A DNA stretch of 64,000 nt from an uncultured Flavobacteriaceae bacterium (GTDB lineage: Bacteria; Bacteroidota; Bacteroidia; Flavobacteriales; Flavobacteriaceae), in assembly GCA_964586655.1 (NCBI GenBank), contig CAZPGY010000009.1, forward strand, positions 10,432 through 74,431. The letters are read 5' to 3'. The notes under the pieces are model-generated. The model ran no database searches and was not told the DNA's origin. It saw nothing but the letters and a program-made list of their open reading frames with translations. A program made the position numbers and the translations under genes. Shown piece by piece: positions 8,425 through 17,837 of the stretch. Numbering within the stretch: position 1 is the first letter of the stretch; each line of letters starts with the position of its first letter.

Positions 8425-9660
8425 TTATTTTTTCTGGAGTTTTTTATTTATGATGTGCGGTCCTTTGATGATTTTAAGGAAATAAATCCCCTGAGATAAG
8501 TGCTTTGCAGGGATATAATATGAATTTTGTCCTTCCCGGACTTTCTTTGTACTGGAAAATATACTTTTGCCCTGAAGATTAAATAGTTTTAGGTAAACTT
8601 TTCCCTCCCTTTTGCCCATTAAATCTACTTTCCACCCATGCCGGGTAGGATTGGGATAAATTTTGATGTTTTTAGCGTTTTCTAAGGTTTCTTTAGTTGG
8701 GTTGGTCACCATATCCGTAGTTTTTTCTACATTGTTTATAGAAGCCATCTTTCGGTTATGGGGAATACAGAGGTTAAGACAAGTTTCACAAGCCCCGCCT
8801 TTTTCACGGTTGATAAGACAAACCTTATAATTGCCGGGTGTGAAGGTATAATCGAATTGTGCGCTCTGCCCAACTATTTGTCCGTTTATAGACCAGAAAA
8901 AATTAGAAGAAGGACCGGAAGCTGACGCAGTAAAATGGTAGGCATAGGGGTTGTTGGTCGAACTGCAATAGGTGAAATTAGAATTGCAATAGACAACTGT
9001 AAGTTCTGGCCATAACTCACTGTCAGGATGATCGCTGGAAGCAAAAAGGACAGAACGATAAGTACTTTCATTTTGAAGTTTGGCTAAGAAACCATAATTA
9101 TTTCCACTGGTTACAATATCTTGCACTAATTGAGTTACATTTAGTGTTACATTCCAATTCCATTGACTTTGTGAAGCGGGTATAGAGACTCCATGTGACG
9201 CTGTTGTAGAAGGTTGATTATTCCATGTTACTGTTTGCTCATTCCAATTACTTGTAACCCGCTTTAAAAGTCCTTTATTAGGGTCATGAGGTGAATTGGG
9301 ATAATTAGAATTCCCCGAATGTAATATATTAGAATGATCCATACCATAAAATTTTAAAGAAGCATATATGATTTCAGCACCTGAAGGAATGTTATTCAGA
9401 CCATCAAATCGAATTAAGAACCTTGTTGTTCCATACGGGCATTGATGTGTATTATATGTCCACTTTGAGTATGAGATTAGTTTTTTATTGCCAAAATTAA
9501 GGGTTTCAGCGGGAGCAGGTAAATAAGCATTGTATCCATATGTCGTAAATATATAAGTATCTTTTCCATTTTGAGGTCCGGGTTTAAAGGTTACGGTCGT
9601 CTGTGCATTTAGGGCACAGGATAAAATAATTCCAATTGTTGTAAGTAATAACGTTTTCAT
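8425..9660 (-). CDS. Secreted DNRLRE-domain protein with a T9SS C-terminal sorting domain
   Basis: Signal peptide, then an N-terminal domain with FLIRFDGL...ASLKFYG...LKRVTSNWNEQTVTWNNQPS (DNRLRE-type pattern). The C-terminus reads IKIYPNPT...LFNLQGK...GIYFLKI. Confidence 0.65.
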   Translation of the reverse strand: MKTLLLTTIGIILSCALNAQTTVTFKPGPQNGKDTYIFTTYGYNAYLPAPAETLNFGNKKLISYSKWTYNTHQCPYGTTRFLIRFDGLNNIPSGAEIIYASLKFYGMDHSNILHSGNSNYPNSPHDPNKGLLKRVTSNWNEQTVTWNNQPSTTASHGVSIPASQSQWNWNVTLNVTQLVQDIVTSGNNYGFLAKLQNESTYRSVLFASSDHPDSELWPELTVVYCNSNFTYCSSTNNPYAYHFTASASGPSSNFFWSINGQIVGQSAQFDYTFTPGNYKVCLINREKGGACETCLNLCIPHNRKMASINNVEKTTDMVTNPTKETLENAKNIKIYPNPTRHGWKVDLMGKREGKVYLKLFNLQGKSIFSSTKKVREGQNSYYIPAKHLSQGIYFLKIIKGPHIINKKLQKK

Positions 9661-10006
9661 AATATAAAGTTTTTAATTGTTATAACAAATGAATAAAAAA
9701 AAAATGACTATAACAAATTTTTAACTATAAAATATTAGTTGTTATGAATAGAGATGATAAAAAGCTTATGCACAGCAGAGAAAGTTTAGGGTTTTTAAAG
9801 TTGAAAATAACCGTACATATTTTAAAAAGAAATTATGACCAATTTATGCTTTTGATGATGAGAAGTATATTAGGCTTCAAGAGCATCTTAAGGTCATTAA
9901 CCTAAAAAATAACTTTTGGGGGCGACGGTCGTGCGGTTCTTATACCGTAATGACGATTAAAGGAATCAATTTTTTGGCTATAAAAATTTTCTTTTCCGTA
10001 TTACAT

Positions 10007-11389
10007 TTAACTTTCCTGTATCTCTTTCACTTTAACATCCACGACCTGCCCATTCAAATTACTGCACAAAGTACCCAGAGAAACTCGAGCCACTTCTTCG
10101 GGTTTAAGGAGGCTGTCTTCAGGTTCTTGACCAAAATTGGCAGTACGCATAGGGGTCTTGGTGCGTTCCGGATTGATGCAGTTTACATGGATATCATCAG
10201 ATTCCCATTCGGCAGCGACGGCCTGTACAAAATTGACAATGGCTGCTTTTGTAGCCGAATAAATACTGTAAAAAGCTCGACCGCGGGTATAGGAACTCGA
10301 GGTATAACACAACAAATGGCCGTTAGATTGCTGAAGATAGGGATGTGCTTCCCGCGCTACGTTGATGGTTCCCTTTAAGTTGACGGCTATCAATTGATCA
10401 ATGCGGTCTTCTGTCATCTGAACCAAGGGCTCTTTGCTCAGTATGCCGGCGGTGTTGACCACACAGTCGATTTGTCCTTCTTTTTCAAAAACCCTTTGGA
10501 AAGCTTTTTTGAGGGTATCGACCCGGGTAATGTCCACTTGGTTGAGTTGACGGGAAAAAGGATAGACTTTGATGTTTTGCGCCTTGCAAATATCGACCAT
10601 GGCCTTTCCAATGCCTTCACGTCCGCCAAAGATAACTACGACTTTGTTTTTCAAGTTACTCAAATCCGGATTCCGACTGATATGAGTGGCTTTTAATTGA
10701 AAAAGTTTATCCAAGAGATAAATGTCCTCTTTATAAGTGAGTTTGATGTTTTGTTGCGCCCCTTGAGCGACAAAAACTTTGACCTCGGGCAGATATTTTT
10801 TAACCACCCCACAATCATCCGTCACTTTGAAACCGGGGTCTTTTAAGGCCTGCTCATAAGCTTTTTTGATGGTGTTCAGTTTAAAAGACTGCGGGGTTTG
10901 CCCCTTCCACAAATAGTATCGATTGGGAACGTCTTTGATTGTTTTCAGTCCCTCTTCCAAGTGTATAATTGTATCGGTGGAGGGAATGGCCGTATCTACA
11001 GCATCGTGATTCTTCAAAGCCTCAATATTGGCCGTGATAATTTGTTGGCTGACCAAGGGGCGGACAGCATCGTGGAAAATTAAATTGATTTCCTTCTCTT
11101 CCTGATAGGCTTTAATGGCAGAAAGGCTGGAGTCATGTCGTTCCTTTCCACCGTTGAGGATTTTTTTGACTTTGCTCCATTTGTTTTTAAGGACCATATC
11201 TTCCACCAAATGCAAATAAGCCGCATGGCCTACGATAGCAATTTCATCAATTTTATTATGAGATTCAAAGGCCGTAACGGTGTGTTCTAAAATGCTTTTT
11301 CCGGCCACTTTTAGAAATTGTTTAGGTAAATCAAGCCCCATTCTGGCTCCCGATCCCCCGGCTAAGATGATGGCGATGTTTTTGGGCAT
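10007..11389 (-). CDS. Fused ribitol-5-phosphate cytidylyltransferase / ribulose-5-phosphate reductase (Bcs1/Acs1-type CDP-ribitol synthase)
   Basis: The N-terminal half is IspD/TarI-like (IILAGGSGARMG...PKQF). The C-terminal half is a short-chain dehydrogenase (VVIFGGREGIGKAM, YSATKAA). This is the same domain order as the Haemophilus influenzae Bcs1 bifunctional enzyme. Confidence 0.7.
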   Translation of the reverse strand: MPKNIAIILAGGSGARMGLDLPKQFLKVAGKSILEHTVTAFESHNKIDEIAIVGHAAYLHLVEDMVLKNKWSKVKKILNGGKERHDSSLSAIKAYQEEKEINLIFHDAVRPLVSQQIITANIEALKNHDAVDTAIPSTDTIIHLEEGLKTIKDVPNRYYLWKGQTPQSFKLNTIKKAYEQALKDPGFKVTDDCGVVKKYLPEVKVFVAQGAQQNIKLTYKEDIYLLDKLFQLKATHISRNPDLSNLKNKVVVIFGGREGIGKAMVDICKAQNIKVYPFSRQLNQVDITRVDTLKKAFQRVFEKEGQIDCVVNTAGILSKEPLVQMTEDRIDQLIAVNLKGTINVAREAHPYLQQSNGHLLCYTSSSYTRGRAFYSIYSATKAAIVNFVQAVAAEWESDDIHVNCINPERTKTPMRTANFGQEPEDSLLKPEEVARVSLGTLCSNLNGQVVDVKVKEIQES

Positions 11390-11684
11390 TATTTATGGTT
11401 TTGTCAAAAATAAGGTTTTGATTTGAAACTCAACCCAATTTTTTAAAGAGCTCGTTTAAACCTTTAGGATTGAAGCGAAAAATAATAGATATTTGTCCCG
11501 GATGAGTTTTTTGCACTGAGCAGCTATGGAGTAAGAAAAAGACAAAACCTGCCTGCCGGACGGGCAGATATGAAGCAAAAAGACTATTCATTTTGCAGTA
11601 GATTAGAGAAAGTTTAAACGATTTCTTCTATAAGAATTTTTTGGCAAAGATTGAGGTATTATTCGAAAATGAAAAAAATTATGG

Positions 11685-11895
11685 CCTAAAATCGATTCCG
11701 CTAATTTGTCATCCTATGTTTACAATTAAATAGGACAGCGAAGCCACAGGTTGAAGCTGGTCTATAATAAAATGGATTAAACCCGTGGGTAAGTCCTGGA
11801 CTTTATAAACCGGGGCAAGCTTCGGGGAATTAAACCTAAACCGCTCGTCCGCCGGAGCTGTCGCGGAGGAGGATTAATTGTTATTACGGTATTAA
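11685..11895 (+). repeat. Dispersed repeat family R2, copy 1
   Basis: aaaatcgattccgctaatttgtcatcctatgtttacaattaaataggacagcgaagcc ... attacggtatta matches the reverse complement of 61805-61940. Its last bases, TAATACCG on the minus strand, include the sulfotransferase stop codon. Confidence 0.7.
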
Positions 11896-12803
11896 ACTTT
11901 TGTCGATTCCATCCAACCAAATTTTTTTCCGGTTAGTTGCGCGATTGCCTTGTCCTCAACTTTAAAATAGTCCCGGAGAAATTGCGCCGTTGCTGGATCG
12001 ATCGTTTTTTTGTAAGGGGTGACATTGTATGATTTCAAGGTTTTATCAGCCTTGGGATCCTCGGTTTCCAGTAGGCCCTTTTGTTCTTCAGCACTTTGCA
12101 CAAAGTCTTTAAAATCGTTGGAAATTTCAAGGAATTGAGCGGTTTCTGTTAACAAACTGACGGGGGTGTTTTTCAACTCAGCTGTGTCCAGAACGAGGAT
12201 TTGTTTTGGGTCAAAAAGCTGGTATAATTTTTTTAAATGTTTGGCATAAAGGCTGCGATTGACATATTGGAACAGGGGTGGGGCTTTAAAAGAGTGTTTG
12301 ATTTCCGCTTTTACGGCCTGATGGAAAGGACGGTCGTCCCGGGCTTTTGGATAGAGCTGTAGAAAAGGGGAACCTTTTTGGTTAAAATTCCATTGGGAGA
12401 AAGCCCGTTCTACCGGATCTCGCAAGAGTATAATTAACTTAATCGTGGGAAAAAGTTGTTTGATCCGTTGAAGTCCTTTGGGATAATAAATATAGGAGGG
12501 GGACGCTTCGAAAGTGATTTTTCCCTCGGCTTTATTTTTTAAAGGGAAATATTGAAGGTAGTCCTTAAGTCCGTTTTTGCGCCGGGTTGAAAAAAACAGA
12601 ATTTCCTTTTTCGTGGGCGGAATGATTTGGGGATGCCGGGCAAGATATTGAAATAGGGAAGTGGTGCCCGATTTCGGGGTACCGATGATCATAAAATCAG
12701 GAGCAGCGTGTGGGTGGTCCCTGATAATTTGTTTCCCTTGCCAGGCCTCTTCTAAGCCTCGGTACATTTTGATCAACCTTCTTGTGATGCTAATGTTTGG
12801 CAT
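11892..12803 (-). CDS. Sulfotransferase (PAPS-dependent family)
   Basis: 5'-PSB loop IIGTPKSGTTSL and 3'-PB motif LLRDPVERAFSQW. The track start at 12875 is TTG, and the first ATG (MPNISI) is at 12803. Confidence 0.75.
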   Translation of the reverse strand: MPNISITRRLIKMYRGLEEAWQGKQIIRDHPHAAPDFMIIGTPKSGTTSLFQYLARHPQIIPPTKKEILFFSTRRKNGLKDYLQYFPLKNKAEGKITFEASPSYIYYPKGLQRIKQLFPTIKLIILLRDPVERAFSQWNFNQKGSPFLQLYPKARDDRPFHQAVKAEIKHSFKAPPLFQYVNRSLYAKHLKKLYQLFDPKQILVLDTAELKNTPVSLLTETAQFLEISNDFKDFVQSAEEQKGLLETEDPKADKTLKSYNVTPYKKTIDPATAQFLRDYFKVEDKAIAQLTGKKFGWMESTKV

Positions 12804-12852
12804 GGTGATGTTGTTTGAGGTTAATGTGTTTAGTAGCAAAGATTTATGTAGA

Positions 12853-14037
12853 CTATGAGGCTTCCTTTTTAACAATGAGTTTATAAAATAAAATCCATTC
12901 TTTCATGATTTTTTCGAGGTCAAATTTATCAAAATCTCGCTTTGTTTGAGCGGAAAACGAGGCCAATAATGAAGGGTTTTGGGTTAACTGAAGCAATTTT
13001 TCTGCCAATAAACCGACCTCTGGGGCAATTAAAAAACCGTTGACTCCATCGGTAATAATTTCCTTGGGGCCGCATTTACAATCATAGCTGATGACCGGAA
13101 TGTGATAATTGAAAGCTTCCAAAATATTCATGGGATGCCCTTCTCTAAGGGAGGTACTCACTAAGATTTTACTGCTGTTGTAAACTTCCGGCATGTTATA
13201 GGAATACCCCTTTAATTTTACGATGTCTCCCAAATTATATTGAGCTATCTTTTGTCGCAGTGAGGCTTCTTCTGGCCCTTTTCCATAAAGGTGGACTTCC
13301 CAGTTCCTCAATTCATTTTTGATGCGGTTGACCGCCTCAAGGAGGGCCTTAAAATTTTTGAATTTATTGAGCTTGCCTATAGCGATGATTTGATTTTTAC
13401 GCTTCCTAAACGCTTTGATATGACTGGGATTGGGAACGGGGTTGTAAATTTGTTTTTTCTTTACCTTTAGGGACTTCCTGCCTTCTAAATCTTCCCGGGT
13501 TAGGCTAACTGCATAATCATAGCGGTTTTCTAAAAGTGTTTTTTTTAATTTCAAGCTGGCCAATTTGAGGAATAGCGGGACTAATTCTATTTTAGCTTTA
13601 AAAGAATGGGCTTCTGCAATCGCTACGTTTTTGGTGATTTTTTCGTTATTGTAAGATCCGTGAAATTCTATAATTTTTGGCACACGGGTCTTTACCAAAG
13701 GGATGAGCCTTTTATAGGGGATCTGCGGATTAAAAACGGTAATGAGATCAGGCTTGATTTCAGCTATAAATATTTTCAGTCGTTTTTTGACGGTACTTAC
13801 CATGCTAAGATAGCCAATAATAGGCAAGTTCCTGTTTTTTTTCCACATCTCTTCTTCTGCAATAAGGTGAAAATGTACCCTTTTATCAACTTTCCGGCGT
13901 TTTTTGGGATCGTTGGGACAATCGGATAAAAGGTGGATATCGAAATCGGTATGTTCAGCAATGTAGTTGACACGATCAATAAGAATACTGGTGAGTCCAC
14001 CGTCTTTGAGCCCTTTGGTAATGTATAGAATCCTCAT
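12853..14037 (-). CDS. Glycosyltransferase family 4 (GT-B, Glycos_transf_1)
   Basis: C-terminal E-x7-E region REGHPMNILEAFNYHIPVIS and GFL motif. There is a 4-nt ATGA overlap with the upstream GT2. Confidence 0.8.
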   Translation of the reverse strand: MRILYITKGLKDGGLTSILIDRVNYIAEHTDFDIHLLSDCPNDPKKRRKVDKRVHFHLIAEEEMWKKNRNLPIIGYLSMVSTVKKRLKIFIAEIKPDLITVFNPQIPYKRLIPLVKTRVPKIIEFHGSYNNEKITKNVAIAEAHSFKAKIELVPLFLKLASLKLKKTLLENRYDYAVSLTREDLEGRKSLKVKKKQIYNPVPNPSHIKAFRKRKNQIIAIGKLNKFKNFKALLEAVNRIKNELRNWEVHLYGKGPEEASLRQKIAQYNLGDIVKLKGYSYNMPEVYNSSKILVSTSLREGHPMNILEAFNYHIPVISYDCKCGPKEIITDGVNGFLIAPEVGLLAEKLLQLTQNPSLLASFSAQTKRDFDKFDLEKIMKEWILFYKLIVKKEAS

Positions 14038-15071
14038 GGCTTTGGGGGTAATAGGGATTGTTTAAATCGAATCAAGTTGGCAGTGTGGCGGTGGCCGATT
14101 ATAAAATTGCTCCAGATGATGAGGTTTCGTTTTTTTAAGGAAAGTAAAAATCGGATATGCTTTTTAAACAGCCCGAGCTGATTTTTTCGGTTACAAAATT
14201 CCTGTGCCTTGCTTAGCCCCGAGCGTATTTTGTTTCCTATTTTTCTCTTTATGGCGGCGTGATATTGAAATTGTGTATATTGATCAAATTGGTTATATAC
14301 AGCTTCAACGGTATTTATTTCTTTTAATATCCATTTGATGTTTTTATGGCCATAACTCCAAGCATGAGGAGAGCTTGCCTTGATATGTACTGCCATGGTT
14401 TCAGGGAGGTATCCAAGTTTCCCGCGGTGGCCACAAAGTAATTTCAGGGGCAAATCACCAACGGGACAGGAATAATACCAAGCTGGCATATCGGAAACAA
14501 TGGAAGCCTTGAATAGGATGGTTAGGTTTGGGATCATCCCGGTCTTTCCTTCGATAAAATCCATCAGATTAAATTTCTGTGGTGCACCAACGCCTTTAAT
14601 GGTGATTTCTCCTGTTTCATGACTGTTTCCATAAATCAAATCGGCATCGTGGAAACAAAGGGAGCAATCGGGGTTTTTGGTCATAAAATCCACCTGTTTC
14701 TGCAACTTCTTGGGGTCGGTCCAGTAGTCATCCGTTTCACAATGTGCAATATAACGTCCTTGGGAGCGTGGATGGTTAAACCGCGAATTCATACCGGCCC
14801 CAACTTTGGATTTTTGATTTTCAGTCTGGTATAACGGCTTAAAAATAGTGGGATACTGCTCTTCATAAATTCGGATAATATCCGCTGTTTGATCGGTAGA
14901 GGCATCATCGTGAATGACAATTTCGAAGGGGAAATCCGTTTCCTGCATTAAAAAGCTATCCAGAGCTTTTGCAATATATTTTTCATGGTTGTACGATAGA
15001 CAACAAATGCTGACTACGGGGTGTTCCCCTTGCCAATTCTTGATAATTTCATTCTGGGTTTTATTCAGCAT
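14034..15071 (-). CDS. Glycosyltransferase family 2
   Basis: VSICCLSYNHEKYIAKALDSFLMQETDFPFEIVIHDDASTDQT, plus a CETDDYW DxD-type motif. Confidence 0.8.
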   Translation of the reverse strand: MLNKTQNEIIKNWQGEHPVVSICCLSYNHEKYIAKALDSFLMQETDFPFEIVIHDDASTDQTADIIRIYEEQYPTIFKPLYQTENQKSKVGAGMNSRFNHPRSQGRYIAHCETDDYWTDPKKLQKQVDFMTKNPDCSLCFHDADLIYGNSHETGEITIKGVGAPQKFNLMDFIEGKTGMIPNLTILFKASIVSDMPAWYYSCPVGDLPLKLLCGHRGKLGYLPETMAVHIKASSPHAWSYGHKNIKWILKEINTVEAVYNQFDQYTQFQYHAAIKRKIGNKIRSGLSKAQEFCNRKNQLGLFKKHIRFLLSLKKRNLIIWSNFIIGHRHTANLIRFKQSLLPPKP

Positions 15072-15119
15072 ATTGACGTCTATTGTCTATGGATAAAGAC
15101 AAAATTAACTTGAAATAAA

Positions 15120-15932
15120 TTAATAGCGCAGGTATTTTTCTAAAGATGTGCCTTTTAGGATTTCTTGAATGGTTTCCTGAATATGTTGAGGGAGTTCACT
15201 GATCCATTGGTTATCGGTTTTCTTGGTTCTATATACCCCGTAAGTGTCTTTCCCTCTTTTATTCCGGCTTGTTTTTATGAATTCTATAGTTTGATCTGCC
15301 ATTTTTAGATTGCAGAAATCGAATATTTTTTGGACGCTTTTATTGGTTCGATTCAGTAAGTCATGATAGGTTATGAGGAAAAACCTGTCTGGATATTGGG
15401 ATTTTAAATCCTGAAATAAATAGGCGACTTCTTTCCATTTTTCGAAACCGTTGAATTCTTCTGGTTTACCACAATTTTTTTTGGGGGCATAACGCCATTC
15501 TTCTTCGGCTTTCCAACCTAATTCCTTCTTGAATTCACGCGGGGCTTTCAGCCAGGAATTGATAACACCGCAGGGATTTCTTATTAGGCCAATGACTTTT
15601 AAAGCCTTGTCCTGCCTTAACATATTTTGTAATAAATGATGATACCTTACCTCTTTATAGACAATTGTTGTTGGGCTTTGTTTAGTAAAAACCGGGACGA
15701 TTTCCTTGTGTTTTTTGACACTCCTGTCTAAAAACTCATCTTTGGTGACAGCAATTTTTTCGAAAAATAGATGGATATCTTCAGTACTGGCATGCTCATC
15801 TAAATAATCTTTAAAGGCATAGGAGAAGAGCGGTTGATGTTTAAAAATAACATGAGGGTTGGAATCAATTATCGCCCCCAGCCAATTGGAGCCCGATCGG
15901 GGTACGCTGTGTATGGCAATTCTTTTCTTCAT
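15120..15932 (-). CDS. Sulfotransferase (PAPS-dependent family)
   Basis: 5'-PSB loop IHSVPRSGSNWL and 3'-PB motif GLIRNPCGVINSW. Confidence 0.7.
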   Translation of the reverse strand: MKKRIAIHSVPRSGSNWLGAIIDSNPHVIFKHQPLFSYAFKDYLDEHASTEDIHLFFEKIAVTKDEFLDRSVKKHKEIVPVFTKQSPTTIVYKEVRYHHLLQNMLRQDKALKVIGLIRNPCGVINSWLKAPREFKKELGWKAEEEWRYAPKKNCGKPEEFNGFEKWKEVAYLFQDLKSQYPDRFFLITYHDLLNRTNKSVQKIFDFCNLKMADQTIEFIKTSRNKRGKDTYGVYRTKKTDNQWISELPQHIQETIQEILKGTSLEKYLRY

Positions 15933-15952
15933 AAAAACTGTGAAAAGTATTC

Positions 15953-17170
15953 TTACGGATTTACCTTTTGCTGTTTTTGAATATTGAGGATCAAATGCCG
16001 ATCCATGTGATTGATAAGATTTATCATTTCCTTTTTATCCCGGTATTGCAATAATAAAATGCCTAACCTGTTAGCTGAGCTATCAAATTTTGAAACCCAA
16101 TCGCCAAATTTAAAATTATAATGTTCATAGAGCAAGCAATCTTTAAGCTTTTGCGTTTTTTGCAGGCCATTAATGATGCCGCTTTGTGGCGCATGAACTA
16201 CATAGTGGGAGAAGAATTTCTTTTCACGATCTATGGAAAGGTCACTGATATCCTCTCCCATGGCAGCTTTAATACTGTATGAAATCATGTCGACACCAGT
16301 GCAATATTGGGTGAGTTCGGGTATCATATTCCCTCCGTTGCGAGCTCCTATTTCTATAATGTAGACTTTTTCATTCTTATCTACCAAGATATCAAAATTC
16401 ACCCCTCCAGTTTTCATGCCGATTGCAGACAGGAGCTGTTCAACTTTTCGATGTACTTTTTTAATGATGTTAGAATTGTGCAAAGTCGGGACGCTGACTG
16501 CGCAAGGAAGCAGGGGATTTGTTTTTGAAAAATGAATATCGCCAAAACACCGAAACACCAATTTGCCCTTGTCTAAAAATCCATCACCGCCAATCTGGAA
16601 TCCCTTTTTTTCAATGAATTCCTCTATAATAAGTTGTTTCGAACGGGAGAACTCGAGGGCAGTTTTAAATTTTTCAGTGAAATCTTCATGGGGTTGAATC
16701 TTAAAAACCCCTTTGCTTCCCGAGGAATCGACGGGTTTAATTATGGCCGTCTGTTGAAGTTTGTTTAAAAAAGCTTGGGCCGCTTGGTAAGTTTCCACGG
16801 ACTGTGCTTTTGGGGTCAAAAAATCATTTTCGACCATAAATTTTCGAAACAGGTCTTTTCGGGACATGGTTTTAACGGCCTGATAAGGGTTGGTCGGAAG
16901 TCCCAATTTTTCCGCTACAAAAGCCGCCGGTAAAGCTGCCGGATCTGATGCGTAAGCAAGAATTCCATCGATAGTCCTATTTTTTGCAAGCTCTAAAACT
17001 CCCGTTGTGTCGGTCGTACTGACATTGTGGTATTCATCAGAAAATTTGTGGCCGGGATTATCCGGAAGGTAATCACAGGTGATTACATAGTAGCCCATTT
17101 TTTTTGCCTTTTTGATGACCGATACCTGAATGTCTGACCCACCTAAGATTAATATTTTTTTCTTGTTCAT
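15953..17170 (-). CDS. ATP-grasp domain ligase
   Basis: Pre-ATP-grasp Rossmann-like N-terminus (KILILGGSDIQV), then IIKPVDSSGSKGV and IIEIGARNGGNMIPE, which are typical ATP-grasp motifs. Confidence 0.8.
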   Translation of the reverse strand: MNKKKILILGGSDIQVSVIKKAKKMGYYVITCDYLPDNPGHKFSDEYHNVSTTDTTGVLELAKNRTIDGILAYASDPAALPAAFVAEKLGLPTNPYQAVKTMSRKDLFRKFMVENDFLTPKAQSVETYQAAQAFLNKLQQTAIIKPVDSSGSKGVFKIQPHEDFTEKFKTALEFSRSKQLIIEEFIEKKGFQIGGDGFLDKGKLVFRCFGDIHFSKTNPLLPCAVSVPTLHNSNIIKKVHRKVEQLLSAIGMKTGGVNFDILVDKNEKVYIIEIGARNGGNMIPELTQYCTGVDMISYSIKAAMGEDISDLSIDREKKFFSHYVVHAPQSGIINGLQKTQKLKDCLLYEHYNFKFGDWVSKFDSSANRLGILLLQYRDKKEMINLINHMDRHLILNIQKQQKVNP

Positions 17171-17800
17171 TAATGCGTATTTTTACAGTGTTGGAAATGA
17201 TCAAATTGTTGAGATTCTTTAAGAATTTGATTTTTGTATGAAAATTTAGCACAATATAAGGTTTCAAATCCTAATATTTGCATAATTTCCCGCCCTCTTT
17301 TCAATTCTTTTTTGTCTAGTTTTTCCATTTTCGATTTAAAACCTCGGGGTCTTTTGCATTTCATTTTTTTATATGTTTTAGAGGGACGATAAAGTGGTTT
17401 TTCTTACTCGGGAGGTTTTGGAATTCTAATGTATCCAAAACTTTCTTCAAATTCCTTATGCGGATCGATGATTAAACGTTCATACACGACCAATTTATAT
17501 TGATTCGTTGGTAAAAATGGAAAGAGTACGTGGTATTCTATACACCACTGGAACATTAAGCGCTTTTTGCAGTTTTGGCTGCTTCATAAGCAGTTTTTAT
17601 GGAGGTTGGAAATAAGTCATAAAGTTTTTTTTGCCTGAGGAATGCGTCCTGCAGACCTTTTCTGTTTCCAAATTTCATGGCCAACCCTGAATTGATTATT
17701 GAACCTTTTTTTAAGAAAGCGTGTTTTTGTCATTTAAAAATTATCTTTGAGTTGCAAAACCTCGAGACCTTAGCCGTATCTTTGTTCTGTATCCGGGCAT
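17170..17800 (-). pseudogene. Decayed sulfotransferase gene (in-frame stop and frameshifts)
   Basis: The minus-strand pieces FGNRKGLQDAFLRQ.. / MFQWCIEYHVLFPFLPTNQYKLVVYERLIIDPHKEFEESFGYIRIPKPPE*EKPLYRPSKTYKK..KLDKKELKRGREIMQILGFE parallel the C-terminal half of the 15120 sulfotransferase (..FFLITYHDLLNRTNKSVQKIFDF..). No intact PAPS loop remains. Boundaries are approximate. Confidence 0.4.
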
Positions 17801-17837
17801 CGTAGGGGCAACGTTAAATACAGGAGTAGTTTTCAAA

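Noticed and set aside
17253-17283. The GGTTTCAAATCC segment looked like a tRNA T-arm.
   Set aside because: There is no acceptor stem, anticodon arm or D-arm in the flanks. The segment is part of the conserved motif shared with 19966-20003. No tRNA, rRNA, tmRNA, RNase P or SRP RNA signature was found anywhere in the window.
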